From Akkermansiaceae bacterium (lineage in GTDB: Bacteria > Verrucomicrobiota > Verrucomicrobiia > Verrucomicrobiales > Akkermansiaceae), in assembly GCA_045106535.1 (NCBI GenBank), contig JBGCEU010000024.1, positions 1,438 through 65,437 on the forward strand: 64,000 nt of DNA, read 5' to 3'. Below, piece by piece: positions 34,970 through 44,182 of this stretch (position 1 is the first letter of the stretch; each line of letters opens with the position of its first letter). The notes under the pieces are model-generated. The model made no database searches and had not been told where the DNA came from. It saw only the letters and a list, made by a program, of their open reading frames with translations. Position numbers and translations under genes: made by a program.

Positions 34970-36388
34970 TCAGGGTGTCACCCACTCTGGTTGAACCAAT
35001 TCCAACAAGTCTAGCTGGGAAGGCAAGGCATCTTTTTCAGACCTTCGCACACGTAGAATCACAGGGTGGTCTTTTTTTAAGCTCACAACAAATCTGCCAT
35101 GATCCAGCAATCGCCTCAATTCCTGATCTAGTGGTGAATCGCGAGCTACATATCCCCACATATATGTGAGCCGGTCGGGTGATCTCAACATGAATGCAGA
35201 ATGGTCGCCTTCATTGTATGGCCCGATATAATGTTCATTTCGTCTAGTGAGTAAGCAACGCATATCGACTGGATCTGAGTAGAGCTGTTCGGGAAAGTCT
35301 GGCATTGGTGATTTTTCTGTGAGTTCTTCCACTTCAGACTTATTCGGATTTGCAACCGAGTTTGGTCTTGATTTTCTTGAAGCTATTTCATGATCCAACT
35401 TGATTTGATCAATTTGCAACTGCCTCTTAGTCAGCTTGCTCTTCATATCTTTCATGGAAATTTTCGACCAACCTACCGTAGCGTGCCAATCTAACTTGAT
35501 GGAATCGTTTTCCGTATCACGCACAAAGAAAGCTCGCATGGGCATGAATTCAGCATCTCTACCTTTGAGTAACAAATAGGCCAACCCGCCAGTGTCAGAG
35601 ATAGACCATTTACAATGTTCGTCATCGACTGCTCGAGGCTCGAATACCACAGGCCAAGAGTCAGCATTTTCGAGGTATGCCTCAGGGTCGCGCACCAGTT
35701 TACTCCGAGCTTTGATATTATTGGCTGCGATATATTGCCCAAGTAATTCGATAGCTTGTTTCCTTAATTTAACATCGTTATCGCGAAACCATTTCTGAGG
35801 ACTCTCTGCAAAAAGGTCTTCTCTGAGATCAAGTGGTTCAACACCTGGATTCAGCGTTTCTATGGAATCACCATCTTGATAGGTTTTCAGCAATAATGCC
35901 CCGACCAGTATCACAGCAGCACAGCCACCAGCAATCGTTATCCACCACCCAGTGGTTATTTTACCTCCCCATTTTTCCTCTTCCTTGATCGCATCGTCGG
36001 TACGCTTTTCCAGCTTATCAAATTTAGCTTTATCAACTTTGATACGATCATCACCCGGCGAGCTCAAACTCTCCAATCGAACAACATCTTCTTCCGAATC
36101 TTTTACTAATTCAGGCTCTTCAGGCTCGATTGGCTCGATTGGCTCGATTGGCTCGATCACCCTTGGCTGCACGGATATTTCGCGGGGTTCAGCTCCCTTC
36201 TCGTCAGATTTGGCAACTCCACTCACAATGAGCTTAGCATCACCGTGATCAATCACTTTACCGCTATCTGTCTCAGCCGTAGTAGCGAGCCTATCCTGCT
36301 TCTTAATTTCAGAAACATCTTTATCCTCACCTGAGGACTTCTTCTTTTTCTTTTTTTTACTCATGCACGTGCGTGCCTGAGAATTCAT
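34970..36388 (-). CDS. Hypothetical membrane protein, probable distant paralogue of 33736-34962
   Basis: Poly-K N-terminus, acidic linker, one transmembrane segment, and KLDW motif and C-terminal pattern shared with the neighbour. Confidence 0.8.
   Translation of the reverse strand: MNSQARTCMSKKKKKKKSSGEDKDVSEIKKQDRLATTAETDSGKVIDHGDAKLIVSGVAKSDEKGAEPREISVQPRVIEPIEPIEPIEPEEPELVKDSEEDVVRLESLSSPGDDRIKVDKAKFDKLEKRTDDAIKEEEKWGGKITTGWWITIAGGCAAVILVGALLLKTYQDGDSIETLNPGVEPLDLREDLFAESPQKWFRDNDVKLRKQAIELLGQYIAANNIKARSKLVRDPEAYLENADSWPVVFEPRAVDDEHCKWSISDTGGLAYLLLKGRDAEFMPMRAFFVRDTENDSIKLDWHATVGWSKISMKDMKSKLTKRQLQIDQIKLDHEIASRKSRPNSVANPNKSEVEELTEKSPMPDFPEQLYSDPVDMRCLLTRRNEHYIGPYNEGDHSAFMLRSPDRLTYMWGYVARDSPLDQELRRLLDHGRFVVSLKKDHPVILRVRRSEKDALPSQLDLLELVQPEWVTP
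36123..36158. repeat. 9-bp tandem repeat (GGCTCGATT)x4, encoding (IEP)4
   Basis: Three exact GGCTCGATT units and one GGCTCGATC. Confidence 0.9.
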
Positions 36389-36460
36389 AAAAACCGTCTA
36401 GGTGACAAGCTTACCTTTCATCCATTTATACTTATTCGATGATTTATACCAATAGAACGC

Positions 36461-37285
36461 TCACGATTGGCGCTCAAAACCTCTGCGGCTAGTATCCCGA
36501 TTACCTCCTCCAGGCTTCTTCTTATGGTCACGACTCCGCATAGGTGTCCGTGCTTTCCTGATTTCGTCGGGAGTCAGTTGTTTATCTTTGTTCAAATCAA
36601 TACGCTCGAATGCCTTCTTTCGGCGATCTTCATTCACACGATTCATAAAAGGCATGGATGAGTATTCCGTGAAGCTTAGTCCCCCACTCTTGTCTTCATC
36701 ATATTTTTCAAAACCAATCGTGGGACGAATACGGTGAGCAGCTTTCATGAGCTCGCTTTTTTCGAGTTCTTTGTTTTTATTACGATCCATTTTGCGAAAC
36801 ATTCGGTCTAAATGTTCCTGAGGTGTATTTTTAAAAACGGGGGACTTGGCAAGCTCCTCTCTATTGAGACCACCGCTCTTATCGCTATCGAGTCGCTGAA
36901 AGCTCTTCGCTAACTGACCCATTCTGGGAGGAGCAACGGGATGTAATTCTCGATGATGTAGTTTCCCATCCTTATTCTTGTCGAGGAAGGAGAAAATACG
37001 TTCACGCTTCGCAGAATCCAACCGTGCGAGGCGTTTCATTTGCGCAAATTCTTCAGGCGATAAAAATCCGTCCTGGTTTACATCAGCATCCCGGAAAGCC
37101 CGCTGATTATCATGATCTCGTCCAGCACGATCAGGCTTTTTTTTACCGCCACGCTTATCGAATGATTCTGACTCAGGATTTTGAGATACAACGTCATTTT
37201 TTGGCACAGCTAGAGCTGTTGCGAGCATAGTAAACATCAGCAGCACAGACAAAGTGATAGGAAACAATATGTAACGGGGAATCAT
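36461..37285 (-). CDS. Secreted multi-EF-hand protein
   Basis: Signal peptide; loops DVNQDGFLSPEE, DKNKDGKLHHRE, DSDKSGGLNREE, DRNKNKELEKSE, DEDKSGGLSFTE, DLNKDKQLTPDE. Confidence 0.9.
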   Translation of the reverse strand: MIPRYILFPITLSVLLMFTMLATALAVPKNDVVSQNPESESFDKRGGKKKPDRAGRDHDNQRAFRDADVNQDGFLSPEEFAQMKRLARLDSAKRERIFSFLDKNKDGKLHHRELHPVAPPRMGQLAKSFQRLDSDKSGGLNREELAKSPVFKNTPQEHLDRMFRKMDRNKNKELEKSELMKAAHRIRPTIGFEKYDEDKSGGLSFTEYSSMPFMNRVNEDRRKKAFERIDLNKDKQLTPDEIRKARTPMRSRDHKKKPGGGNRDTSRRGFERQS

Positions 37286-37470
37286 ATATGAAGCTAAGTT
37301 GGTGATCGAAAACTAGTAAAAATCCGTGCAAAAGCCAGCAAAAGAAGAATTTGTTCGGTTCAGTTGATATCAATGGAAGCATCAATTCAACCCCACAAAT
37401 TTAGTTTAGTTGTGACTTTAGAGGTCTTTTTTTCTTTGTAATACAAGGGATAGTGTTTACCTCAGCAGCG

Positions 37471-38367
37471 ATGCACATTCAAGATATCATGAGCGGGGAG
37501 AGCCCAACGTTTTCCTTCGAATTCTTTCCCCCGAAGTCATCAGAGTCAGCCGACAGGCTCTACGAAACAATCCGAGACCTAGAAAGTTGCAACCCATCTT
37601 TCGTAAGCGTGACTTATGGTGCAGGCGGCTCGACGCGAGAGCTAACTCACGATCTAGTGGTGAAAATCAAAGAAACCACAGACACCCCGCCGATACCTCA
37701 TCTCACATGTGTAGCGCATTCCAAGGATGAAATTACTTCCACACTAGAGCGCTATGCGAGTGTGGGCATTTCAAATATATTAGCACTGAGAGGAGACCCG
37801 CCCGCCCACATGATAGATTATGACCGCTCTGGGGACGCGTTTGGCTATGCTGCGAATCTGGTGACACATATTCGTCAGTTCAATGAGGCCGATAAACATC
37901 CCGATAAAAGAGGATTTGGAATTGGTGTGGCAGCATTTCCTGAAGGGCATCCAGACACACCAAATCGTCTTTTAGAAATGGACTATTTGAAGGCCAAAGT
38001 AGACGCAGGTGCCGACTACATCTGCACGCAATTATTTTTTGATAATCATGATTTTTTTGATTTCAGAGACCGATGCCATTTGGCTGGAATTAACATTCCA
38101 ATCATCGCGGGAATCATGCCAATCACCTCGGCGAGTGGAATCAAACGTATGGCCGAGTTGGCCGCTGGCGCTCGCTTCCCAGCTAAGCTATTGAGAGCCC
38201 TTAATCGAGCTGGCGAGAATTCAGAGGCAGTGAAACGCGTGGGCATTCAGCACGCAGCAGAACAATGTGCAGGACTACTAGATAATGGAGTGAATGGAAT
38301 TCATTTTTACACACTCAACCAAAGCCGAGCAACCCGCGAAGTATACGCCTCGCTTGGTCTAAGTTAG
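37471..38367 (+). CDS. metF: 5,10-methylenetetrahydrofolate reductase
   Basis: FSFEFFPPK, FVSVTYGAGGST, PHLTC, LALRGD, KVDAGADYICTQLFFD, GIHFYTLN. Confidence 0.96.
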   Translation: MHIQDIMSGESPTFSFEFFPPKSSESADRLYETIRDLESCNPSFVSVTYGAGGSTRELTHDLVVKIKETTDTPPIPHLTCVAHSKDEITSTLERYASVGISNILALRGDPPAHMIDYDRSGDAFGYAANLVTHIRQFNEADKHPDKRGFGIGVAAFPEGHPDTPNRLLEMDYLKAKVDAGADYICTQLFFDNHDFFDFRDRCHLAGINIPIIAGIMPITSASGIKRMAELAAGARFPAKLLRALNRAGENSEAVKRVGIQHAAEQCAGLLDNGVNGIHFYTLNQSRATREVYASLGLS

Positions 38368-39971
38368 AGGCGATTTTTACCGAGTATGTAAAATTCTTGT
38401 GCCTGTTTGAGAGTCAATGATTGTAAGCGACCCTCAAGAGGAACGCCAACCCTGATTCGGCCTTCGTTCTCGTCGACAGGATATTTCAATTTCAGTTTTT
38501 CGGCCTTATCAAAAGCATCACGTTTGAGGCTTAAGTTAATATTCCCGCCAAATCTTTGCACCTTACTTTCGGTTAGAATACCTGCCGTGATCACGTTCTT
38601 AATTTGATCTGAGCCAGCTTCATTGCCTTGAACCACTTTACCTACTCCTTTAGCTGCATCATCCAGGCCAGCCTCCTGAGATCCCTTAAGCAACTCGTCG
38701 CTTTCGAACTTCCATTTATTTTCAATCACATCTGCTACCATCTCAATATCTTTGATATTGAGAGCATTTGCAATTTCCTGATTCGTAGGTGGCCTAACAA
38801 CAAACTCACCTCCCTTGAGGTGCAATAATGTTCCTGCCTGGATATCAATATCTTTAATATTTACCAAGTCCCCTGCTGTGCGGAGATTAAAACCACCTTT
38901 GTTAAAGGAAACCTTGCGGTAGCTATTATAAAGATCAACGACACTGAGAGCCGATAATAGTGGCAAACGATCTCTCAGAACCATCACATCGCCCTCTCCC
39001 ATGAAAAAGTTAACATCCAGAACTATTCCCTCCTGGCTGTTAGTTGAACCGCCTATCGTGCCTTCACCAGAAATTGTTCCTTCCAGCCATTCGTCATATC
39101 TCACTGGAATAAGGGCTTTCAAGGGCATTGATGTAAGCTTTAACTCGCCTTTTGCCTGAGGCTGAGCTCCCGATCCTATCTTTAACTGAAATGTTACCGT
39201 TCCCAGTCCACTATGTAAAATGGCTTCCTTAACATGAACACCCTGTTGGTCACAGACGATAGCAAGACTTTCAATTTCCAAGTTTTTGAGCCAGTTCTGT
39301 GAAAAAGTCCCACCTCTAAATTGGATGTTCCACGCACCTTCATCCCTAACAACACTCATTGAGCTATTAGAGATGGAACCTCGATTAGTTTCCGAGTAAC
39401 CCCACTCGATACTAGCTCGATCTACCATCAGCCGCTCAAAATCGAACCCCTCTAACTCAGCAAATAAACTTGCGAACGATTTTGCTGCAGCATCATCATC
39501 ACTTTCTCCAGCTTTAACCTTGAGAATCAACTGGTCGACATTGACTGTTTCCGTCGACCATTTACCAATTATTCCATCAGTGAGCCCCATATTGACTCGA
39601 GCTACCCGAGCAGACATCTCATGGAAAAAGGAACTACTACTACCTTCTGCTTTGATAGTGGAGATGGTGATCATATCACGAGATTTGCGAATCACACCGA
39701 CCTCACAGCTTTCAGCTGCGAGAGATTTTTCAATAGCGGTAGCTACATTTGACTGGAAACCCTCTGTTTCAACCCGTTTGACAAGATAAAGCCAGATCAG
39801 CAGACAACATATTACGACTACTACCGAAAGACGGATGAGAAGGCGCAAAAACCTTGCTGCTATACTTTGTCCGTCGGCCGCATGACGAAGCTGGAACCAG
39901 AATCCCTGACGGGACACCCATTCGTTCATCTGCTCATTAAAAGCAGCGCGCTTCTCCTCTCTTGCGTTCAT
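38364..39971 (-). CDS. Hypothetical membrane-anchored beta-rich (AsmA-like) protein
   Basis: N-terminal transmembrane segment followed by long beta-strand-patterned sequence. Confidence 0.65.
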   Translation of the reverse strand: MNAREEKRAAFNEQMNEWVSRQGFWFQLRHAADGQSIAARFLRLLIRLSVVVVICCLLIWLYLVKRVETEGFQSNVATAIEKSLAAESCEVGVIRKSRDMITISTIKAEGSSSSFFHEMSARVARVNMGLTDGIIGKWSTETVNVDQLILKVKAGESDDDAAAKSFASLFAELEGFDFERLMVDRASIEWGYSETNRGSISNSSMSVVRDEGAWNIQFRGGTFSQNWLKNLEIESLAIVCDQQGVHVKEAILHSGLGTVTFQLKIGSGAQPQAKGELKLTSMPLKALIPVRYDEWLEGTISGEGTIGGSTNSQEGIVLDVNFFMGEGDVMVLRDRLPLLSALSVVDLYNSYRKVSFNKGGFNLRTAGDLVNIKDIDIQAGTLLHLKGGEFVVRPPTNQEIANALNIKDIEMVADVIENKWKFESDELLKGSQEAGLDDAAKGVGKVVQGNEAGSDQIKNVITAGILTESKVQRFGGNINLSLKRDAFDKAEKLKLKYPVDENEGRIRVGVPLEGRLQSLTLKQAQEFYILGKNRL

Positions 39972-40052
39972 TGATGTTGTTAGTTGCCCTCCTTGACAGA
40001 AATATTGAAGGACATCGAAGCTACTCTGACGGATGAAAAAATGAACTATGCA

Positions 40053-40517
40053 TTAATCACAGCCGCAGCCACCACCACAGCAGCCACCGGATGATTCTTC
40101 CATATCCTCAGGCTGAGGCACACGACCAAGCTCCATGGTCATTCCCACATACTTGGTTACAGTCTGCTGGAGTGTTTGCAGGGTTTGCTGGGCGTCCATG
40201 AAATCGCGGGCTACCTCATTCTCAAGCAAGCCATCACGAGCCTCCTCGAAATTTTTGATTTCGGTATCGGAAAGTTCTACTCCTGCTTGTTGCTTTTGAT
40301 GCAGTTCTTCACCTTTTTCGTGAACCGACTGATACTGTAGCTTGGAGGAGTCGTCTTCAAGAAATCTCTCTACCTGACCCTGAAGGGCAACGAATTCGAT
40401 GTCTTGAGAGATGGCATCGCAGAGTTCGCGTGTCTTCTGCATTACGTTTGAGTCTTTTTCAATCATGCTCATGCTCTGCGTGTATCTTCCCTGATGCTTT
40501 TTGGCAACCTCTGACAT
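40053..40517 (-). CDS. YlbF/YmcA-family helical protein with Cys-rich C-terminal tail
   Basis: Coiled-coil Q/E-rich body (ELHQKQQAGVELSDTEI...LLENEVARDFMDAQ) ending GGCCGGGCGCD; start may be 40469. Confidence 0.75.
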   Translation of the reverse strand: MSEVAKKHQGRYTQSMSMIEKDSNVMQKTRELCDAISQDIEFVALQGQVERFLEDDSSKLQYQSVHEKGEELHQKQQAGVELSDTEIKNFEEARDGLLENEVARDFMDAQQTLQTLQQTVTKYVGMTMELGRVPQPEDMEESSGGCCGGGCGCD

Positions 40518-40602
40518 CGTCTTTTTCTTGTTTGATGAGCAAAAAAGACAGTTTATGCTTTGAGCATCGTTTCCTGTAAAATCTTCTCGCTAATAACTTA
40601 TC

Positions 40603-41868
40603 ATGAAAACCACTCCTATAATTCTAGCAACAGCATGGATTGCCACACTCGTTGCGGCATTCACTATTGGCTCAAAACTGAATCCATCTGAGGATGATAA
40701 AGTAGCTGATCGCTCCGAAAACCGTGAGGCTGGCCGCTCGTCACTTCGATCTGCTTCACGTGATCGAGAACCCTCCGCTGGATCGCGCTCAGGAGGATCG
40801 GGTGATCGCGATAAATCCACTTCTGGCAACGAACCTGAGATCAAGGAAATTATGAACTCTCAGAATCCGTTGGCGCGCACGCAGGCGCTCATTGACCTAA
40901 TCAATCGTCTCGGACCGGACGAATTTGAGCAAACCGTAGCTGATTTTCGCGGCATGGGTATCACCCGCGAGCGGATGAGTGAATATGCTATGCTTCTCCA
41001 TGCTTGGGGGAAAACTGATCCACTTGCGGCGCTTGAGTATGCTAAGGAAAACACAGGCACACCCTTTGCCCGTCAAACTATCTTGGCTAGCTGGGCGGAA
41101 GATAGTCCAGATTCGGCTATCAGCTGGGCGAACAGTAATCACGAGGGAGAAGGTGCTAACCCGTGGCTCATCGGCGTGATCCGCGGCATTGCATCGAGCA
41201 ATCCGGAAAAAGCCTCTGAAATCATGGCAACTCTTCCCTACAGCCGTGAGCGTGGTGATGCCCTGTCTTCTATTGTTCCTCATATCGCCAAGCTTGGAAA
41301 AGACAAAGCTAATGAGTGGCTGAACACTCTGGAAGATGAGCGCTTGCGTGCAGGAGGTGCCGCTTACCTCGCTGACATCATGGCAAAGAGCAACCCCGCA
41401 GAAGCCGCTGAGTGGGTCTTAAACCTCAGAGACGAGGAAGCCATAACTCGCGCTGCGGGAAGCGTCGCCGATGAATGGGCCGAAGTCGACCTCGACGCCG
41501 CAATTTCGTGGACAGATTCCTTACCAGAAAAAGCCAAGACAAGCGCAGCTCGTCAAGTCATTGGCCACTATGCGAGTGAAGACCCAGCCAAAGCCTCGGC
41601 ATGGCTTTCCACTATGTCCGACCAAGAAGGCTACCAAGACGTGGTGAGCAGCTACATCTGGAACACGGCGAGAGAAAACCCCGAAATGTCCCTGTCCAAA
41701 GTTGCCGAAATAAGCGACGAAAGATCGAGACTCCGCTATTACAGCAGGATATACGATCGCTGGCAGCAGCGTGATACAGATTCCGCACAAGCTTGGCTAC
41801 AGAACAGCCAGCTATCAGAGGAAGTGAAAAAAAGCATCCAGAGCCGCAGGGAACGCGGTCGCCGATAG
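40603..41868 (+). CDS. Hypothetical secreted or membrane-anchored helical-repeat protein
   Basis: Signal/anchor segment, S/R-rich linker and repeated DP..A..WA..L motifs. Confidence 0.8.
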   Translation: MKTTPIILATAWIATLVAAFTIGSKLNPSEDDKVADRSENREAGRSSLRSASRDREPSAGSRSGGSGDRDKSTSGNEPEIKEIMNSQNPLARTQALIDLINRLGPDEFEQTVADFRGMGITRERMSEYAMLLHAWGKTDPLAALEYAKENTGTPFARQTILASWAEDSPDSAISWANSNHEGEGANPWLIGVIRGIASSNPEKASEIMATLPYSRERGDALSSIVPHIAKLGKDKANEWLNTLEDERLRAGGAAYLADIMAKSNPAEAAEWVLNLRDEEAITRAAGSVADEWAEVDLDAAISWTDSLPEKAKTSAARQVIGHYASEDPAKASAWLSTMSDQEGYQDVVSSYIWNTARENPEMSLSKVAEISDERSRLRYYSRIYDRWQQRDTDSAQAWLQNSQLSEEVKKSIQSRRERGRR

Positions 41869-41877
41869 GTATGCTAT

Positions 41878-42222
41878 TTACTGCTGCTCTGGGTTAAGAC
41901 GACGACTAGCAGCCACAAGATACGCTTCGACTGCCTTCTCATCGGCTTTTGATAGCCCTGCATTCCATGCCATTCCCGGCACAATCGTGTGCCACTCATC
42001 AACACGCATGTCTTTCGGCATTTTACGCTCATGGCATTGCGCGCATTGAGTTTGGTATAACGAATACCCACGGCCAAGTTTCTCAATAGAAGTGTGCGAA
42101 GTTTTTGCCATCGAGCTGTCTGGAAGAGGTGCCGTAACATTCTCGGACTTGTTCGCACAAGATGCCGCCAGCCAGACTCCCAGACCCAACAAACCCGATA
42201 GCAAGATTACTTTTTTGTCCAT
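41878..42222 (-). CDS. Small monohaem cytochrome c lipoprotein
   Basis: Lipobox LAASC, CAQCH haem motif, downstream PGM axial-ligand candidate. Confidence 0.8.
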   Translation of the reverse strand: MDKKVILLSGLLGLGVWLAASCANKSENVTAPLPDSSMAKTSHTSIEKLGRGYSLYQTQCAQCHERKMPKDMRVDEWHTIVPGMAWNAGLSKADEKAVEAYLVAASRRLNPEQQ

Positions 42223-42302
42223 AATCTCCTTATACAGGAAAAGTTTATTGAGTCCAATCGTTAAATCCTAGCCAATCCTCTCAAATGCAGAGCAAAATGT
42301 GC

Positions 42303-42320
42303 TTGTGAAAAATTTCACAA
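42303..42320. promoter_or_regulatory. Perfect palindromic operator (Rex-type TTGTGAA-N4-TTCACAA; also matches CRP TGTGA-N6-TCACA)
   Basis: TTGTGAAAAATTTCACAA, 51 nt upstream of the nuoD ATG and in the divergent region shared with the cytochrome c gene. Confidence 0.75.
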
Positions 42321-42371
42321 AGTCCTTGCTCATCGCGGCGAGATACGGCAGGTAAGCGGTGGCGTAATCTC

Positions 42372-43628
42372 ATGAATAAGACGGAATACCAAGCACCCGA
42401 CACAGCGGCGAAGACACAGGCCGGGCTCGACGAAGACTATCAAGCGGAGGCAGAGGACATTCTCGGAGAGAAAATGGTGCTGAATATGGGGCCGTCCCAC
42501 CCCGCTACCCACGGGGTACTGCGCCTTGTTCTTGAACTGGACGGGGAAATCGTCACTAAGTGCGATCCCGACGTTGGCTACCTGCACCGTGGTGATGAAA
42601 AGATCGCGGAAAACATGCACTACAACCAGTTCGTGCCATACACTGATCGACTCGACTACCTAGCACCGCTGGCAAATAACGTCGCCTACGCCTGCGCGGT
42701 TGAGAAGCTGATGGGCTGGGAGCTGCCGCCACGTGGCCAGGCAGTTCGTGTGCTCTGCTGCGAGCTTTCCCGCATTGCCTCACACATGCTCGGCGTGGGT
42801 GTCTGTGCCATGGATGTGGGTGCAATGACCGTGTTCCTCTACACATTTACCGAGAGGGAAAAAATTTACAACCTATGCGAGCAGCTCACAGGCGCGCGCT
42901 TCACGACATCTTACACTCGGGTAGGCGGACAAATCCGCGACCTGCCCGATGGATTCATCGGACGCGTGGAAAAATTCCTCGAGGAGTGCGAGACAAGCAT
43001 CGACGAGATTTCCAAGCTACTCGATCGGAATAAACTCTACTTAAACCGTATGATCGACGTCGGCACCATCACCGCCGAGGATGCTATTTCCTGGGGTATG
43101 ACAGGCCCTTGTTTACGTGGCTCTGGTATTAACCGTGATCTTCGCAAAGACAATCCCTACCTCGGATACGAGCAGTATGACTTCGACATCCCAGTCGGCG
43201 AGAATGGCGATTCCTACGACCGCTATCTCGTCCGCATGGAGGAAATGCGCCAGTCGATCCGCATCATCCGCCAGCTCATTGCCACCCTGCCGGACGGGCC
43301 GGTCAACATAGCCGACTCCAAGAATCTGCTCCCAGCCAAGGAAAAGGTCATGACCAGCATGGAGGAGCTGATCCACCACTTTATCATCGCCACACAGGGT
43401 ATCGACGCTCCCGAGGGAGAAGTCTATTTCGCTGCTGAAAACCCGAAAGGCGAACTCGGATTCTACATCAATTCCAAAGGCGGCGGTGTCCCGCATCGCA
43501 TGAAAATCCGCTCCCCGTCCTTCGTGAATCTCTCCATTCTCGCTAAACTTATTCCCGGACACATGGTCTCCGATGTCCCCGCCATTCTCGGCTCTCTTGA
43601 CTTCGTCATGGGAGAATGCGACCGATAA
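42372..43628 (+). CDS. nuoD: NADH-quinone oxidoreductase subunit D
   Basis: LNMGPSHPATHGVLRL, GYLHRG.EK, DRLDY, ENPKGELG, GSLDFVMGECDR. Confidence 0.97.
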   Translation: MNKTEYQAPDTAAKTQAGLDEDYQAEAEDILGEKMVLNMGPSHPATHGVLRLVLELDGEIVTKCDPDVGYLHRGDEKIAENMHYNQFVPYTDRLDYLAPLANNVAYACAVEKLMGWELPPRGQAVRVLCCELSRIASHMLGVGVCAMDVGAMTVFLYTFTEREKIYNLCEQLTGARFTTSYTRVGGQIRDLPDGFIGRVEKFLEECETSIDEISKLLDRNKLYLNRMIDVGTITAEDAISWGMTGPCLRGSGINRDLRKDNPYLGYEQYDFDIPVGENGDSYDRYLVRMEEMRQSIRIIRQLIATLPDGPVNIADSKNLLPAKEKVMTSMEELIHHFIIATQGIDAPEGEVYFAAENPKGELGFYINSKGGGVPHRMKIRSPSFVNLSILAKLIPGHMVSDVPAILGSLDFVMGECDR

Positions 43629-43640
43629 ATTCTTAAAAAA

Positions 43641-44171
43641 ATGGAAACTAACACTACATTTCCACCTTTTGCCGTCTCGCCTGAAATCGAGGCGGAGGCC
43701 GACGAACGCATCAGCCACTACCCGGACGACCAAAGACGCTCCGCAGTTTTACCCCTGCTGCACATCGTCCAGCACAAGTTTGGCTTCATCAATCCCGAAG
43801 CCACTGAATGGGTCGCGCAGAAGCTCGATCTCAAAGCCATGCAGGTATACGAGGTCGTCTCCTTCTACCCAGGTTTCCGCGAACACGCCCCCGGCAAGTT
43901 CCACTTCCGCATCTGCCGCACGCTTTCATGTGCCATGGCAGGCTCTGCCGAGCTGATGGATCGCATTTGCGAACTCACCGGGATCGACCGATCTAACAGT
44001 GACTCTCACCACAATCCGATTGCCGTTTCGCCTTGCGGAAAATGGTCAGTCGAATTCGCCGAGTGCCTTGCCTCCTGCGGCACCGGCCCAGTCTGCATGG
44101 TCAACGATGATTTCCACGAAGCCGTGGCATCCGACAAGGCCGAGGAGCTCCTTGCTCAGTATAACGACTAA
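43641..44171 (+). CDS. nuoE: NADH-quinone oxidoreductase subunit E
   Basis: SAVLPLLH, VVSFY, CRTLSC...ECLASCGTGP. Confidence 0.95.
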   Translation: METNTTFPPFAVSPEIEAEADERISHYPDDQRRSAVLPLLHIVQHKFGFINPEATEWVAQKLDLKAMQVYEVVSFYPGFREHAPGKFHFRICRTLSCAMAGSAELMDRICELTGIDRSNSDSHHNPIAVSPCGKWSVEFAECLASCGTGPVCMVNDDFHEAVASDKAEELLAQYND

Positions 44172-44182
44172 TTTTTTCTCCC

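Noticed and set aside
37290-37470. Possible SAM riboswitch upstream of metF
   Set aside because: No recognisable SAM-I/II/IV core or terminator; the region is AT-rich divergent promoter DNA.
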